From NCBI GenBank assembly GCA_026395055.1, contig JAPLZK010000003.1:173987-237986 (forward strand): a DNA stretch of 64,000 nucleotides. Reading direction: 5' to 3'. The notes beneath the pieces were generated by a model, which did not search any database, was not told the origin of the DNA, and saw nothing but the letters and a program-made list of their open reading frames with translations. The translations under genes were made by a program, and so were the position numbers. Below, piece by piece: positions 48,122-57,917 of this stretch (its first letter is position 1; each line of letters opens with the position of its first letter). This DNA comes from Candidatus Uhrbacteria bacterium (lineage in GTDB: Bacteria > Patescibacteriota > Patescibacteriia > UBA9934 > GWF2-40-263).

Positions 48122-49726
48122 TTACTTACAACCCGGTGTCCATTTATGTGTGCAGGTGTTCCCAATACAGGCATCAACCGTGCACCCCTGACCATCGTCG
48201 TTGCATACACCCTCTTGCGGGTTTGCATATGGGAGGAAAACACATCCTTTCTTTGCTTCATCACACGCGTCCGACGTGCACCCGTTTCCATCACTACACA
48301 CGTATGCGTCATGAACGGAACACATCGAATCTTTGCACTTGTCGTTGATGGTACACAGGAGTCCATCGTCGCATTTCAGGGCGTTTGGAACGTGCGTACA
48401 GAGCATGCTTGCACAGACATCTGTTGTGCAAACGTTTCCGTCGTCCAAACATTTTGTGCCATCCGGTTCTTGCGGGTGCATGCATTTGCCGTCCGCGCAT
48501 TTGTCTTGCGTACAGGCATTACCATCATCCGTGCATTTGCCGTCAGATGACGCAGCGTGTTTGCAACCCGTGAATGGATCACACGAATCCGTTGTGCACG
48601 GATCGTTGTCGTTGCAATTCAACGTACTTCCGCCGATGCATGTCCCCGCAGCGCACTGTGAAAGTGCGGTGCAAATATTTGCGTCATCACAGGCAGAACT
48701 GGTGAGAGGTGTATGTTTGCATCCACCATCAGTGTTGCAGACATCTGTCGTACAGCTATTGCCGTCGTCGCAGAGATCTTCATCGGTCTTGCCGTCACAA
48801 TCGTCATCCTTTCCATTACAGGTTTCGGGTGACGCATCCGGCGCATTGCAGATGGCTTTGCCGTCGCTGCAGGCAATGAACTTTCCAAGGCATGTGCCGA
48901 ATTCGTTCTTCTTGTCACATTGAACACCAAATGTATTCTCGTCGATGTTGTCCGTCTTTGCATCGCAGTTGTCGTCTTTCCCGTTACAGATTTCCTGTTC
49001 AGGGACTTGACCGACACATCCAGACAATCCATTCACCGTACACGTACGAGTACCCGCACAAGACCCAAAAGGATTTGTGTTGGCACAGGCCGTAGAAAAA
49101 CCTTTCTGGATGGCAAAGGGCGAACACGCACATGTTGCGTTTCCAGAAGGGAGACACTGTGAGCTTCCAGCCCCGCTCTTTGGATCCGTGACGAATTTGC
49201 ACGTATATCCTTTGGGGCAATCATCGCTCACTGGGTCACAGGTCACTCCACAAAAACTCCCCGCGTCACCATGACTGATGCACGCATTGTTCGAGTCTTT
49301 GGCAAAGTTGCATTGATCGTTTGTCGTGCACGGATTACACAGGTTCAACAAGCGAGAAACACAGACGAACTGAACATCTGTTCCACCACCTACAACCTGT
49401 CCGCATGCGTATCCACTTTGACACGACTGTACACAGATCATCGAGCACTTTTTCCCGTTCTCTGTTTGTAAACAAAGACCGGAATCACAATCATCTGAAT
49501 GTTCACACGCGTAGCCAAACTGACCCGGCGTGATCATGACATCACTTTGCGTTGAGACAAGTACGTCCGTGAACACATCTGCCGTGAGTACCGCATCGAG
49601 TTTTGCATCTCCCGCAACGTCTGCGTTCGATGTGTCCCCATTGGACGGCGCTAAGATCTGATCAGTACCACATCCAATCGATGTGCAGATGAGGCAAAAA
49701 AGACAGATTTTTTGAGAGAGCGTCAT
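48122..49726 (-). CDS. Cysteine-rich tandem-repeat lipoprotein (about 16 copies of the C-D-D-G-N-x-C-T-x-D-x-C motif)
   Basis: Signal/lipobox-like N-terminus (MTLSQKICLFCLICTSIGCG) with an AGGAGG ribosome-binding site 8 nt upstream of the ATG at 49726. Repeated DGNxCTxDxC units such as DGNACTQDKCADGKC and DGNVCTTDVCASMLC. Confidence 0.7.
   Translation of the reverse strand: MTLSQKICLFCLICTSIGCGTDQILAPSNGDTSNADVAGDAKLDAVLTADVFTDVLVSTQSDVMITPGQFGYACEHSDDCDSGLCLQTENGKKCSMICVQSCQSGYACGQVVGGGTDVQFVCVSRLLNLCNPCTTNDQCNFAKDSNNACISHGDAGSFCGVTCDPVSDDCPKGYTCKFVTDPKSGAGSSQCLPSGNATCACSPFAIQKGFSTACANTNPFGSCAGTRTCTVNGLSGCVGQVPEQEICNGKDDNCDAKTDNIDENTFGVQCDKKNEFGTCLGKFIACSDGKAICNAPDASPETCNGKDDDCDGKTDEDLCDDGNSCTTDVCNTDGGCKHTPLTSSACDDANICTALSQCAAGTCIGGSTLNCNDNDPCTTDSCDPFTGCKHAASSDGKCTDDGNACTQDKCADGKCMHPQEPDGTKCLDDGNVCTTDVCASMLCTHVPNALKCDDGLLCTINDKCKDSMCSVHDAYVCSDGNGCTSDACDEAKKGCVFLPYANPQEGVCNDDGQGCTVDACIGNTCTHKWTPGCK
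48150..49250 (-). repeat. Coding tandem repeat array (units of about 78-84 nt, Cys-rich motif) inside the lipoprotein gene
   Basis: Periodic recurrence of the DGNxCTxDxC peptide motif. Confidence 0.55.
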
Positions 49727-49843
49727 CAAGGAAACCTCCTGGCATGGGCAAGCAACATGCCCAGAGATCTTTTCAGAAAAAAATGAAATTGTCAATAGTT
49801 TAGATAAAAAAATCCTCCTTTCAGGTGAAAGAAGGAAGAGGTG

Positions 49844-51388
49844 TCAGGGGACGCAATTACCAATCGGGACGAAAACACATTTGCCTGTGGTTGGATTGCA
49901 CGAATCGGAGGTGCACTTGTTTTGGTCGTCGCACACAAGCGGAGGCTTGCTAATGCAGACACTGTTGTTGCACTTGTCACCGGTTGTGCACGCATCGCCA
50001 TCGTCGCACGGATCGTTGTTGACGTTTGTGAAGATGCATCCCGTTTTTGGATTACAGATGTCATCCGTACACGAGTTACCGTCATCACACTTGTAAACCT
50101 TACCTACACATGTTGTTGCGGAGCACTCACTCGCAAGCGTACATGCGTCGCCGTCGTCGCAGGAGTAACCCTGGTTGGCCGTGTGGTTACACACGCCAAT
50201 GGCTGGGTCACAACTATCGTTCGTACAGACATTATTGTCATTACAAGTCTGCGACAGTCCTTTGCAATTGTTGCCGTAACAGATGTCGCCGATTGTACAG
50301 GCATTGTTGTCATTGCACGGATCCTTGTCGTGAACCGTGAACTGACAGCCTGTTGCCGCAATACACGAATCTTCCGTGCAATCATTTCCGTCCGCGCACT
50401 GCTTCTGCTTGCCAATGCAAACACCAAGCGAGCACTGATCGTCCGTGGTGCACAGACTATTGTCACTACAAGAAAACACGTTTGGAATAGGCGTATGAAC
50501 GCACACACCCGTCCCGGAATCACACGAGTCTGCCGTGCAGACATTATTGTCGTTGCAATTCTTCTGGTTTCCTGAGACACACTGACTCTTTTGACACGTG
50601 TCATTCTGCGTACAAAAGTCCCCGTCGTTGCAATTCGCCCCGTCTGCTTGGGGTGTCGAATAACATCCAGCAACCTTGTCACACAGATCCGCCGTACACG
50701 CGTTCCCGTCATTGCACGTAATTGGCGTTCCGGCACAAGCACCCTTTGCGCACTGATCCGGTGCCGTACAGGCATTGCCGTCATCACACGGATCGTTCGT
50801 GAGCTTTTCATGAACGCACTGGTTGATTTCGTTACAGTAGTCCTTTGTGCATTGATCTGCATCATCACAGTCCACGGCCTTGCCGAGACAGTTGCCGTTC
50901 AGACAATGGTCGTTGTTCGTGCAGACGCTTCCGTCGTCGCATGGGATGTCGATGTTCACGTGCGAGCATCCTGCGATCTTGTCGCAAGGATCAAGCGTGC
51001 AAGGTTTGCCATCTGAACAGTCGACTCCCTTTGGACCAACACATGTTCCGATTGCAGAACAAACATCGCCCGTCGTACAGACATCGCCATCAGAACACGC
51101 GGTACCTTGTGGCGAAGGCTGGTGATGACACTCACCCGTTCCCGGGTCGCACCAATCTTGCTGACAAGGAGTCTTCGTGTCGCACTGTTCGTGCGTCACA
51201 CAGACAAATACATCTGCCGCAATTTCCGGCCCAGTGTCTTGTGGGACATCCGGCGGAAGATCGGGCGAACCCGAGTCCATCGAAACATCACCAGCAACTT
51301 CAGGAGGTGCAGAAACAATGGTCGAATCCGAGCACGCCGATACATAAACACAACCAACGATCAAAAGGGCTTTCGTCAAACGATTCAC
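49844..51388 (-). CDS. Cysteine-rich tandem-repeat lipoprotein, paralog of the adjacent gene (about 16 repeats)
   Basis: Lipoprotein signal (LLIVGCVY). Repeats include DGDVCTTGDVC, DGKPCTLDPCD, DGNACTAPDQC, DGNACTADLCD, DNNVCTADSCD, DGNDCTEDSC and DGNSCTDDICN. A GGAGG site lies upstream. Confidence 0.7.
   Translation of the reverse strand: MNRLTKALLIVGCVYVSACSDSTIVSAPPEVAGDVSMDSGSPDLPPDVPQDTGPEIAADVFVCVTHEQCDTKTPCQQDWCDPGTGECHHQPSPQGTACSDGDVCTTGDVCSAIGTCVGPKGVDCSDGKPCTLDPCDKIAGCSHVNIDIPCDDGSVCTNNDHCLNGNCLGKAVDCDDADQCTKDYCNEINQCVHEKLTNDPCDDGNACTAPDQCAKGACAGTPITCNDGNACTADLCDKVAGCYSTPQADGANCNDGDFCTQNDTCQKSQCVSGNQKNCNDNNVCTADSCDSGTGVCVHTPIPNVFSCSDNSLCTTDDQCSLGVCIGKQKQCADGNDCTEDSCIAATGCQFTVHDKDPCNDNNACTIGDICYGNNCKGLSQTCNDNNVCTNDSCDPAIGVCNHTANQGYSCDDGDACTLASECSATTCVGKVYKCDDGNSCTDDICNPKTGCIFTNVNNDPCDDGDACTTGDKCNNSVCISKPPLVCDDQNKCTSDSCNPTTGKCVFVPIGNCVP
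49900..51150 (-). repeat. Coding tandem repeat array (about 26-28-aa Cys-rich units)
   Basis: Periodic DGNxCTxDxC motif. Confidence 0.55.
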
Positions 51389-51490
51389 GGGTTCCTCCTA
51401 CCTCTGGGTTTCGAACACACGATCGAAAAAATCGTGCTTGTCTTTTTAACAAGATATTTGGATTACGTCAAGTTTAAAGCCTGTTGTGCA

Positions 51491-51521
51491 AAGAAAAAAT
51501 CGACCAGTTTAGGGTCGATTA
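51491..51521 (-). terminator. Rho-independent terminator after the YfiH-like gene (stem AATCGACC/GGTCGATT plus U-run on the minus strand)
   Basis: Hairpin at 51498..51520 with an A7 run on the + strand. Confidence 0.6.
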
Positions 51522-52547
51522 GTTACGCTTGATCACAACCAAGTTGCGAAGTGTCCTGTCGCGACGATTCGAGTGAAACAAGAAATTTCCGTTCGAGTCT
51601 GTCGAAGTTGCCGTGTCAAATTCGTCTTCTTCGATCTGTGTCACGCCATGCGCATCGAGCTGATGACGAACGAGGGCGAAGAGATTGATTCGTCCGAATG
51701 CATTTTCCGTCACAATGGATGGCAAATGACCACGCTTGACTTGGAGATTCTCCAAGTGATCAATGAGCCCCATATTGCGCACACTTTCCGGTGGAGCGAT
51801 GCCAAGATTCGCATACAATGGATGTCTCCACGTATTATGCTCAAACTTCTCCGGCCTGATACCGGCCGCAAGAAACACTTGCATCTCAATCGGCTGTCCG
51901 TCACACGGACGATCAGGCATTTCACAGGAAAGACGATCCAACATCTTGATGGCCGCATCAATCACCGATTCATTCTCTCGATGTTCCGCTCCGCGCGAAT
52001 CAAGTCGATTGCGATCAATGACCGCATCACGACCACAGTGCAGTGCAGCAACCATATTTGTATGCGGATCAAACAGTGCTGTCGCGAGACAATCCGCTGA
52101 AGCAAGAAAGTACGCGTCACCAGGCTGTTCGAGAATGACCCCATCCGCATCTGCACCTCGAAAGAAATTCGGGAGTAGTTCGTTTGGAAGATCTACATCC
52201 GTCACCACCTTCGCATTGAACGAAGGCTTGGGCACGAGCGCGCGCTTGATGTTGTAACGATCCATGATCGACAACAGTCGATTCACGACCACGGGATTCT
52301 TTGCATTGATCTCGTCCACGGATACGCCGGCGTAATTCCAGTCGCCATCCAAGGCGCCGAAAACAATGATCTTGGCTTTTCCGCCAAACAAATCCCGTTC
52401 ATAGACGGGTTGATATGCTCGCACAACGCGAACATTTCCAGATGAATCAGTCTCAATTGCCACGGAATCCTCCTGCCTTGCGGGTCTGCGGCCGCGTTGT
52501 AAAGCAGACTGGATATAATGACGGATTTTTTTGAGAACGTCAAGCAT
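51519..52547 (-). CDS. YfiH/PgeF-family (Cu_oxidase_4, peptidoglycan-editing / purine nucleoside phosphorylase-like) protein with an N-terminal extension
   Basis: Segment FLASADCLATALFDPHTNMVAALHCGRDA fits the YfiH ...ADC...HAGWRG core. The assignment is tentative. Confidence 0.45.
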   Translation of the reverse strand: MLDVLKKIRHYIQSALQRGRRPARQEDSVAIETDSSGNVRVVRAYQPVYERDLFGGKAKIIVFGALDGDWNYAGVSVDEINAKNPVVVNRLLSIMDRYNIKRALVPKPSFNAKVVTDVDLPNELLPNFFRGADADGVILEQPGDAYFLASADCLATALFDPHTNMVAALHCGRDAVIDRNRLDSRGAEHRENESVIDAAIKMLDRLSCEMPDRPCDGQPIEMQVFLAAGIRPEKFEHNTWRHPLYANLGIAPPESVRNMGLIDHLENLQVKRGHLPSIVTENAFGRINLFALVRHQLDAHGVTQIEEDEFDTATSTDSNGNFLFHSNRRDRTLRNLVVIKRN

Positions 52548-52552
52548 AAAGA

Positions 52553-53938
52553 CTAGCAAATCTCTCTCGCAACACAATCAATATCCCCCGCTCCCATGAT
52601 AATCAAAACGTCACCCGATCGAACAACCTGCTCAAGCGCGGACTTCACTGCATCAAAGTTTGAGGAGAACATAACATGAGCTCCTGGGTTTTCTTTCTTA
52701 ATCTTCTCAACAATCAACCTTGACGACATTTCGTGTTCTTCGTTTCTTCCGGCGACGTCATAGATTTCTGCGACCACTGTTTCGTCGGCCAGTTGAAGTG
52801 CGTGCACAAAACCATCAAAGAGCGCTTTTGTTCTGGAGTGTTGATGCGGCTGGAAACAGAGAACAATTCTTCGGCTAGGGAAAAACTCGCGCGCGGCACT
52901 GATGGTCTTCTCAACCGCCGTTGGATGATGACCATAGTCAGAGATAACATCCGCTTCTCTCCACATACCAACGCGTTCAAAGCGGCGCCAGATTCCTGGA
53001 AATGTTTCAAGAACGCGCGCGCAAGTCTCGAAGGGCACACCGAGTTCCATTGCAGCTGACGTTGCTGCAAGTGCGTTCAATACGTTATGTGTGCCTGGGA
53101 TAATCAGCTTAAGTCGTCCAAGAATTTCATCGCGATGTACGGCGAACGATTGCGATCCTTTTTCTGTTATACGATTGGTCGCTGCATAGTCGGCTCGTTG
53201 TTCGTAACCATACGTGATTGGTCTTTCGACCTTTAACTTCATAGATTCGGCATCATCTGCGTTCATAACCATCATTCCTTTGCCGATTAGCTTGTCAGCA
53301 AAAATCTGGAACGTGTCACGGATGTGGTTGATGTCGCGGTAGTAGTCGAGGTGATCTTCTTCAATATTTGTAAGCACGATCATTTCTGGATGAAGGTTTA
53401 ACATGTTCGCTTGATACTCACACCCTTCTACAACAAAGAATCTTCCTTTCCCAAGACGTAAATTTTTATCTGGAAATGCTGGAACGAATGAACCGACAAG
53501 AACCGTTGGATCGTAACCAGCTGCCTCAAGCATTAATCCGAGCAGTGCCGTTGTTGTACTTTTGCCATGTGTTCCCGTTACCACAATCGTCGAAAAAGTT
53601 TTGGACACCTCGCCGAGAAATTGCGCATAGGAAACTTCTGGAATCCCTTTTTCACGAGCCGCGATACGTTCTGGATTTGTGGAGGGAATGGCGGAGGAAT
53701 AGATCACAACTTCTACATCAGCAAGAACGTGCGAGGTATCATGACCGATATTTACTTGAATACCTTTCTTATTCAAGTCTTGAACCATCTCAGAATCATG
53801 AACGTCTGATCCGGTAACACGTTTTTCCTTAGACAACAAAAACTTTGCGAGAGCGGACATACCAATTCCGCCAATTCCTACAAAATGAAAGTGATTCTTT
53901 TCAAGTAACATAGTGCTGACAGGATAACAAAAAAGCAC
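52553..53938 (-). CDS. murC: UDP-N-acetylmuramate--L-alanine ligase
   Basis: Mur ligase N-terminal GIGGIGMSALA, central GTHGKSTT, and a C-terminal domain. Confidence 0.95.
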   Translation of the reverse strand: MLFCYPVSTMLLEKNHFHFVGIGGIGMSALAKFLLSKEKRVTGSDVHDSEMVQDLNKKGIQVNIGHDTSHVLADVEVVIYSSAIPSTNPERIAAREKGIPEVSYAQFLGEVSKTFSTIVVTGTHGKSTTTALLGLMLEAAGYDPTVLVGSFVPAFPDKNLRLGKGRFFVVEGCEYQANMLNLHPEMIVLTNIEEDHLDYYRDINHIRDTFQIFADKLIGKGMMVMNADDAESMKLKVERPITYGYEQRADYAATNRITEKGSQSFAVHRDEILGRLKLIIPGTHNVLNALAATSAAMELGVPFETCARVLETFPGIWRRFERVGMWREADVISDYGHHPTAVEKTISAAREFFPSRRIVLCFQPHQHSRTKALFDGFVHALQLADETVVAEIYDVAGRNEEHEMSSRLIVEKIKKENPGAHVMFSSNFDAVKSALEQVVRSGDVLIIMGAGDIDCVAREIC

Positions 53939-53959
53939 TAGATATTCTAGTGCTAGACG

Positions 53960-55249
53960 TTAGTGTCTGAGAAGGTCTGTTTCATCTACCGTAAGACAGA
54001 CGATGGATTCTGGAAGGACAGAGGAATAACCAATGCCGCCGCCTGAAGCCCAGTGAAGTCCCCAGGCGATCGGTACGGACTGCAAGGAGCGATCATACAT
54101 GACGGGGTAACAGAGTTCACCGTCGTCTGTGATCGTTGCTGCAATTTCTCCATCTGCATCCACAAGGAATTCTCGCAGGAACGTTCCTGTGGGAAATTCC
54201 CGTTGTGTGTCTTGCGTGATGATCGATTGTTTCTCTTGGCCACTTGCATCTTGCGTCGTGATCCGAGCGCCAAAGCATGGACCTGAAAGTGCCCACACAA
54301 GATCCGCTTGGTTCATGGAGAATTCTCCCTCATGAATCAATTGGCCATTCAAGTAAAGTGCGCGTCGGGATGGGTCTGAACGATCAGGCCTCACGAGCCA
54401 TGCAAGCGAACGCTCGCTTGGCGAAACCCAGAGCTGCTCAATATCCCCCATCCAAGTTTCCGCAAGCGGAAACGTAAGTGTGTTCGTAGAACCAACCACA
54501 CGCAATCGTGAACCGGACTCTGTGCGCGTGGCAAGAACGTACTGATTTTGCACGTATGCAAGTGCCACTGGAACTTCACCTTTCGGATGAAGCACGGGGA
54601 ACCAATCAACGAAGCCTCTCGCTCCAAATCGGTAGCGATAAGAATTTCCGTCGATCTGTTCCAAAAACAGGAAGCTTCCGTCTGAAACGGCTGTTGCAGT
54701 CGCAAGATCCTCGACGGGGAGCACACCGTGCTCGGTCCACACGTGTTTTGCATTGGAATCTTCTGTTCCGATTCCAAGCAAGAACATGCCATGTGGCAAA
54801 CGGCAGACGCGATGAAGCGCCGCAAAGGGTCGCACAAGTTTCAGGCGAGGACGTCCAACCTTCAACTCGTACACTCCTCGAACCAACTGCCCAAACGGCA
54901 AACCCCACACCAACAAGCGATCTGTCCCAACGTGAAGGATGCGTGTTTCCACACGCTCACCATTCTCATGGGAACAAAATCGCGACGAAGCCATGCGCTC
55001 AAAATTGTGCGCAACCCGCTCCGTAGAATCTGTCACACGCGCAATAAGAGCAACGCGATGACCATCTTTACTCACAACCAGGCGATCCGTTGCTACAAGC
55101 TCGGAGAGCTTGTTTGCGTCAAATTGTCCTGGAAGGGCAAAAATTTGGTGAATGACTCCAAGGAGTCCTATTCGCCTCATTTCGTATGGTGGTTGTAACG
55201 GTCGGTGTGGTTGCATGTTTCCTCGATCCCTCTCATACAAGAGGTTCAC
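53960..55249 (-). CDS. Hypothetical protein (Arg-rich, locally GC-rich), directly upstream of murC
   Basis: Long ORF with protein-like composition and no recognised domain; the exact start is uncertain. Confidence 0.45.
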   Translation of the reverse strand: MNLLYERDRGNMQPHRPLQPPYEMRRIGLLGVIHQIFALPGQFDANKLSELVATDRLVVSKDGHRVALIARVTDSTERVAHNFERMASSRFCSHENGERVETRILHVGTDRLLVWGLPFGQLVRGVYELKVGRPRLKLVRPFAALHRVCRLPHGMFLLGIGTEDSNAKHVWTEHGVLPVEDLATATAVSDGSFLFLEQIDGNSYRYRFGARGFVDWFPVLHPKGEVPVALAYVQNQYVLATRTESGSRLRVVGSTNTLTFPLAETWMGDIEQLWVSPSERSLAWLVRPDRSDPSRRALYLNGQLIHEGEFSMNQADLVWALSGPCFGARITTQDASGQEKQSIITQDTQREFPTGTFLREFLVDADGEIAATITDDGELCYPVMYDRSLQSVPIAWGLHWASGGGIGYSSVLPESIVCLTVDETDLLRH

Positions 55250-55273
55250 TAAACCTAGCGATAATTCATGAGA

Positions 55274-55302
55274 TTGTCAACCAGTTCCTTGTCACGTACA
55301 AT
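55274..55302 (+). promoter_or_regulatory. Sigma70-type promoter for glyA: -35 TTGTCA (55274..55279), 17-nt spacer, -10 TACAAT (55297..55302)
   Basis: Hexamers read directly; about 20 nt upstream of the glyA ATG. Confidence 0.55.
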
Positions 55303-55323
55303 GCGCGTACAATTATCTTTCCT

Positions 55324-56568
55324 ATGTTTATAGCAAAACAAGACCCCGAGGTCGCGCACGCCCTACAAAAAGAACTCATCCGTGAAGAAGAAGGATTAGA
55401 AATGATCCCCTCTGAAAACTTTGTTTCTCGAGCGGTTCTTGAAGCTCTTGGGTCAGTCGCAACAAACAAATACGCAGAAGGATTGCCAGGCAAACGCTAC
55501 TACGGCGGTTGTCAGGAGATCGACGTAATCGAACAACTCGCGATCAATCGCGCAAAACAACTTTTTGGCGCGGAGCATGTAAACGTTCAGTCGTTATCTG
55601 GCGCACCCGCGAACCTCGCGGCTTATTCTGCTGTTCTCTCACCTGGCGATACCGTCCTCGGTATGGATCTTTCACACGGAGGTCACCTTACGCACGGACA
55701 CCCTGTAACCTTCTCGGCAAAGATTTACAACTTCATTCGATATAAAACAACTGCAGCAGGACTGATCGATTACGAGGAGATCGAGCGCATGGCGCGCGAA
55801 CATAAACCAAAGCTCATCCTTGTCGGTTACTCGGCGTATTCCCGAGAAATTGATTATGCACGTATTAAAGCAATCGCAGATGAGGTTGGTGCACTCACCA
55901 TGGCAGACATCGCCCACATTGCCGGTCTTATCGCCGGAGGAGAAATGAATAACCCGGTCCCCTTGTTCGATATTGTAACAACGACGACACACAAAACACT
56001 CCGCGGACCTCGTGGTGGAATGATTATGTGTAAGGCAATTCTCGCAAAGGCGATCGACAAAGCGGTCTTTCCTGGTTTGCAAGGAGGTCCGCATGAGAAC
56101 GTCATTGCTGCAAAGGCTGTCGCGTTTCTAGAAGCACTCCAACCAGAATTTAAATCGTACGCAAGACAAATTCGTTTGAATGCAAAAGTCCTCGAACAAG
56201 AATTGAGTTCAAAGGGTTATCGCTTAATGTTCGGTGGAACAGATAACCATTTACTTCTCATTGATGTCTCCACAAAAAACGTGACAGGAGGTGAAGCTGA
56301 AAAAGCCCTCGACGCCGTTGGTATCACGGTGAATAAAAATATGATTCCTGACGATCCACGTTCTCCGTTCGATCCTTCTGGAATTCGACTCGGAACTCCA
56401 GCACTTACATCTCGAGGAATGAAAGAAGCAGAAATGAAGCTCATCGCTACATGGATTGATGAAGCAATTATGCATCGCTTGGACGAAGCACATCTCGAGA
56501 AACTTCGAACAGACGTAAAAGAACTAACGAAACGATTTCCACTTTACCCAGAACTCGCATACGAATAA
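55324..56568 (+). CDS. glyA: Serine hydroxymethyltransferase
   Basis: PLP-lysine region [14 protein letters not shown] and typical SHMT N-terminus ([19 protein letters not shown]). The start was moved to [10 protein letters not shown] at 55324. Confidence 0.95.
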   Translation: MFIAKQDPEVAHALQKELIREEEGLEMIPSENFVSRAVLEALGSVATNKYAEGLPGKRYYGGCQEIDVIEQLAINRAKQLFGAEHVNVQSLSGAPANLAAYSAVLSPGDTVLGMDLSHGGHLTHGHPVTFSAKIYNFIRYKTTAAGLIDYEEIERMAREHKPKLILVGYSAYSREIDYARIKAIADEVGALTMADIAHIAGLIAGGEMNNPVPLFDIVTTTTHKTLRGPRGGMIMCKAILAKAIDKAVFPGLQGGPHENVIAAKAVAFLEALQPEFKSYARQIRLNAKVLEQELSSKGYRLMFGGTDNHLLLIDVSTKNVTGGEAEKALDAVGITVNKNMIPDDPRSPFDPSGIRLGTPALTSRGMKEAEMKLIATWIDEAIMHRLDEAHLEKLRTDVKELTKRFPLYPELAYE

Positions 56569-56569
56569 G

Positions 56570-56597
56570 AAAAAACCGAGCACGTGCTCGGTTTTAG
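56570..56597. terminator. Bidirectional rho-independent terminator between glyA and rdgB (perfect palindrome ACCGAGCACGTGCTCGGT flanked by A5/T4)
   Basis: 18-nt perfect palindrome. Confidence 0.7.
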
Positions 56598-57187
56598 ATT
56601 TGGGTAGATTCAAGGAACTCGCGAACTTTTCGCATAGCGCGGCCACGATGTGACATCGCGTGTTTTTCCTCTTCGGGCATTTCCGCAAATGTTCGCGTTT
56701 CGCCTTCTGGAATGAAAATGGCGTCATACGGCAGCTTTGGTCGTGCGGTTCCGCGAGGCTCGGTCGTAAGGGTTCCGTCAACGCGACCCTCAAATGTCCA
56801 TGTTCGACCATCTGGAGTTACGAGCGCGGCCACACAAACAAACGAGGCCTTTCGATTCGTCTTTCCAGACATTTGTTCCAGTGTATGCTCGACAAGTTGA
56901 GTGTCAGACGCACCTTCGCCAGCCCAGCGTGCGGTATAAACACCAGGAGCTCCGTCGAGTGCGTTAATACAAACTCCAGAATCATCTGCAAGGGAAAGAG
57001 CATTTGTTGCCTTACAGACCTCAACCGCTTTTTTGAGCGCATTGTCTGCAAACGTGAGGCCGTCCTCCACCACTTCATCCATCACACCTGCTTCGCGTGC
57101 GGATTCAATTTCATACAGAAGACCCGCAAGAATAGAACGCATTTCCGCAAGCTTTCCAGAATTATGTGTTGCAAAGATGAGGCGCAT
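56594..57187 (-). CDS. rdgB: Non-canonical purine NTP pyrophosphatase (RdgB/Ham1, ITPase)
   Basis: MRLIFATHNSGKLAEM ... SLADDSGVCINALDGAPGVYTARWAG; the start was moved to MRLIFATHN at 57187. Confidence 0.9.
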   Translation of the reverse strand: MRLIFATHNSGKLAEMRSILAGLLYEIESAREAGVMDEVVEDGLTFADNALKKAVEVCKATNALSLADDSGVCINALDGAPGVYTARWAGEGASDTQLVEHTLEQMSGKTNRKASFVCVAALVTPDGRTWTFEGRVDGTLTTEPRGTARPKLPYDAIFIPEGETRTFAEMPEEEKHAMSHRGRAMRKVREFLESTQI

Positions 57188-57237
57188 AATGAATCCTTTT
57201 TTGAATGACCTATGGAGTTTAGCGTGAACGAGATCGA

Positions 57238-57266
57238 TTGACAACATCCCCTTTTTCCCGTACAAA
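57238..57266 (+). promoter_or_regulatory. Putative sigma70 promoter: -35 TTGACA (57238..57243), 17-nt spacer, -10 TACAAA (57261..57266), upstream of the tandem hypothetical genes
   Basis: Hexamers read directly; AGGAG ribosome-binding site at 57285..57289 and ATG at 57298. Confidence 0.4.
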
Positions 57267-57297
57267 CAACTCACCTCAACCAAGAGGAGTTCTTTCC

Positions 57298-57906
57298 ATG
57301 ATGGAAGTTAGACAATCGACGTTGCGCGACATGCTCTTGCGTCATTTGACTCCAGAGCGCGTTATCGAAATCATGACCATTCTTGAACCGCTTTATGCGA
57401 TGTGCACACGCGAACGTTTCTTCTACGGACACGTCGAGTGTTTCCCGTCGGAGATTCATAAGCACATTCAGTTCCTCACACAAAGGCCTTGTGACGGAAT
57501 CGAGTTTCTTGCGGAGTCCGTGATTCCTCAACGACTTCTCATCTCCGTTCAAAATACGAATATCAGCGTTCGATCTCGCAGCCACATGCAAACGAAGTTA
57601 TTTGCAACGCTTGGAATCATTCAGGTTCACAATTTCGATTTCGACTTTCGATTCAGCTTCGGCAACAGGCTCATGCATGTCCTGCCACAGAACTTATGGA
57701 ATCAACTTTGGGAAACGGTTCGTTATTGGCTTCTGTGCGAAATTGCTTTGAAGCCGTTTAAAAAAGAAGCCGCAGCACTGCAACAGATGGTTTGTTTGTG
57801 CGCAAGTGGGTACATCCCTTTCGATTTCAATCCGATCAAGCCAACTATTGCACACATCGTGAACGAAAAGACTTCCACAACCAACATGCGCTACAGAACG
57901 CGCTAA
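57298..57906 (+). CDS. Hypothetical protein, paralog A of a tandem pair
   Basis: Good ribosome-binding site; alignable to the downstream gene (LRxxLxxHLxxxxVxxIMxILxP...; later W..IP segment). Confidence 0.5.
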   Translation: MMEVRQSTLRDMLLRHLTPERVIEIMTILEPLYAMCTRERFFYGHVECFPSEIHKHIQFLTQRPCDGIEFLAESVIPQRLLISVQNTNISVRSRSHMQTKLFATLGIIQVHNFDFDFRFSFGNRLMHVLPQNLWNQLWETVRYWLLCEIALKPFKKEAAALQQMVCLCASGYIPFDFNPIKPTIAHIVNEKTSTTNMRYRTR

Positions 57907-57917
57907 GGAGTTTCCTC

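Noticed and set aside
48333-50575. Several long + strand and alternative-frame ORFs (e.g. 48333..48923, 49841..50575 and 50104..50868)
   Set aside because: They lie inside the two Cys-rich repeat genes. Repetitive GC-rich coding sequence keeps other frames open, and the products are low-complexity (R/H/C/T-rich) with no signal or motif.
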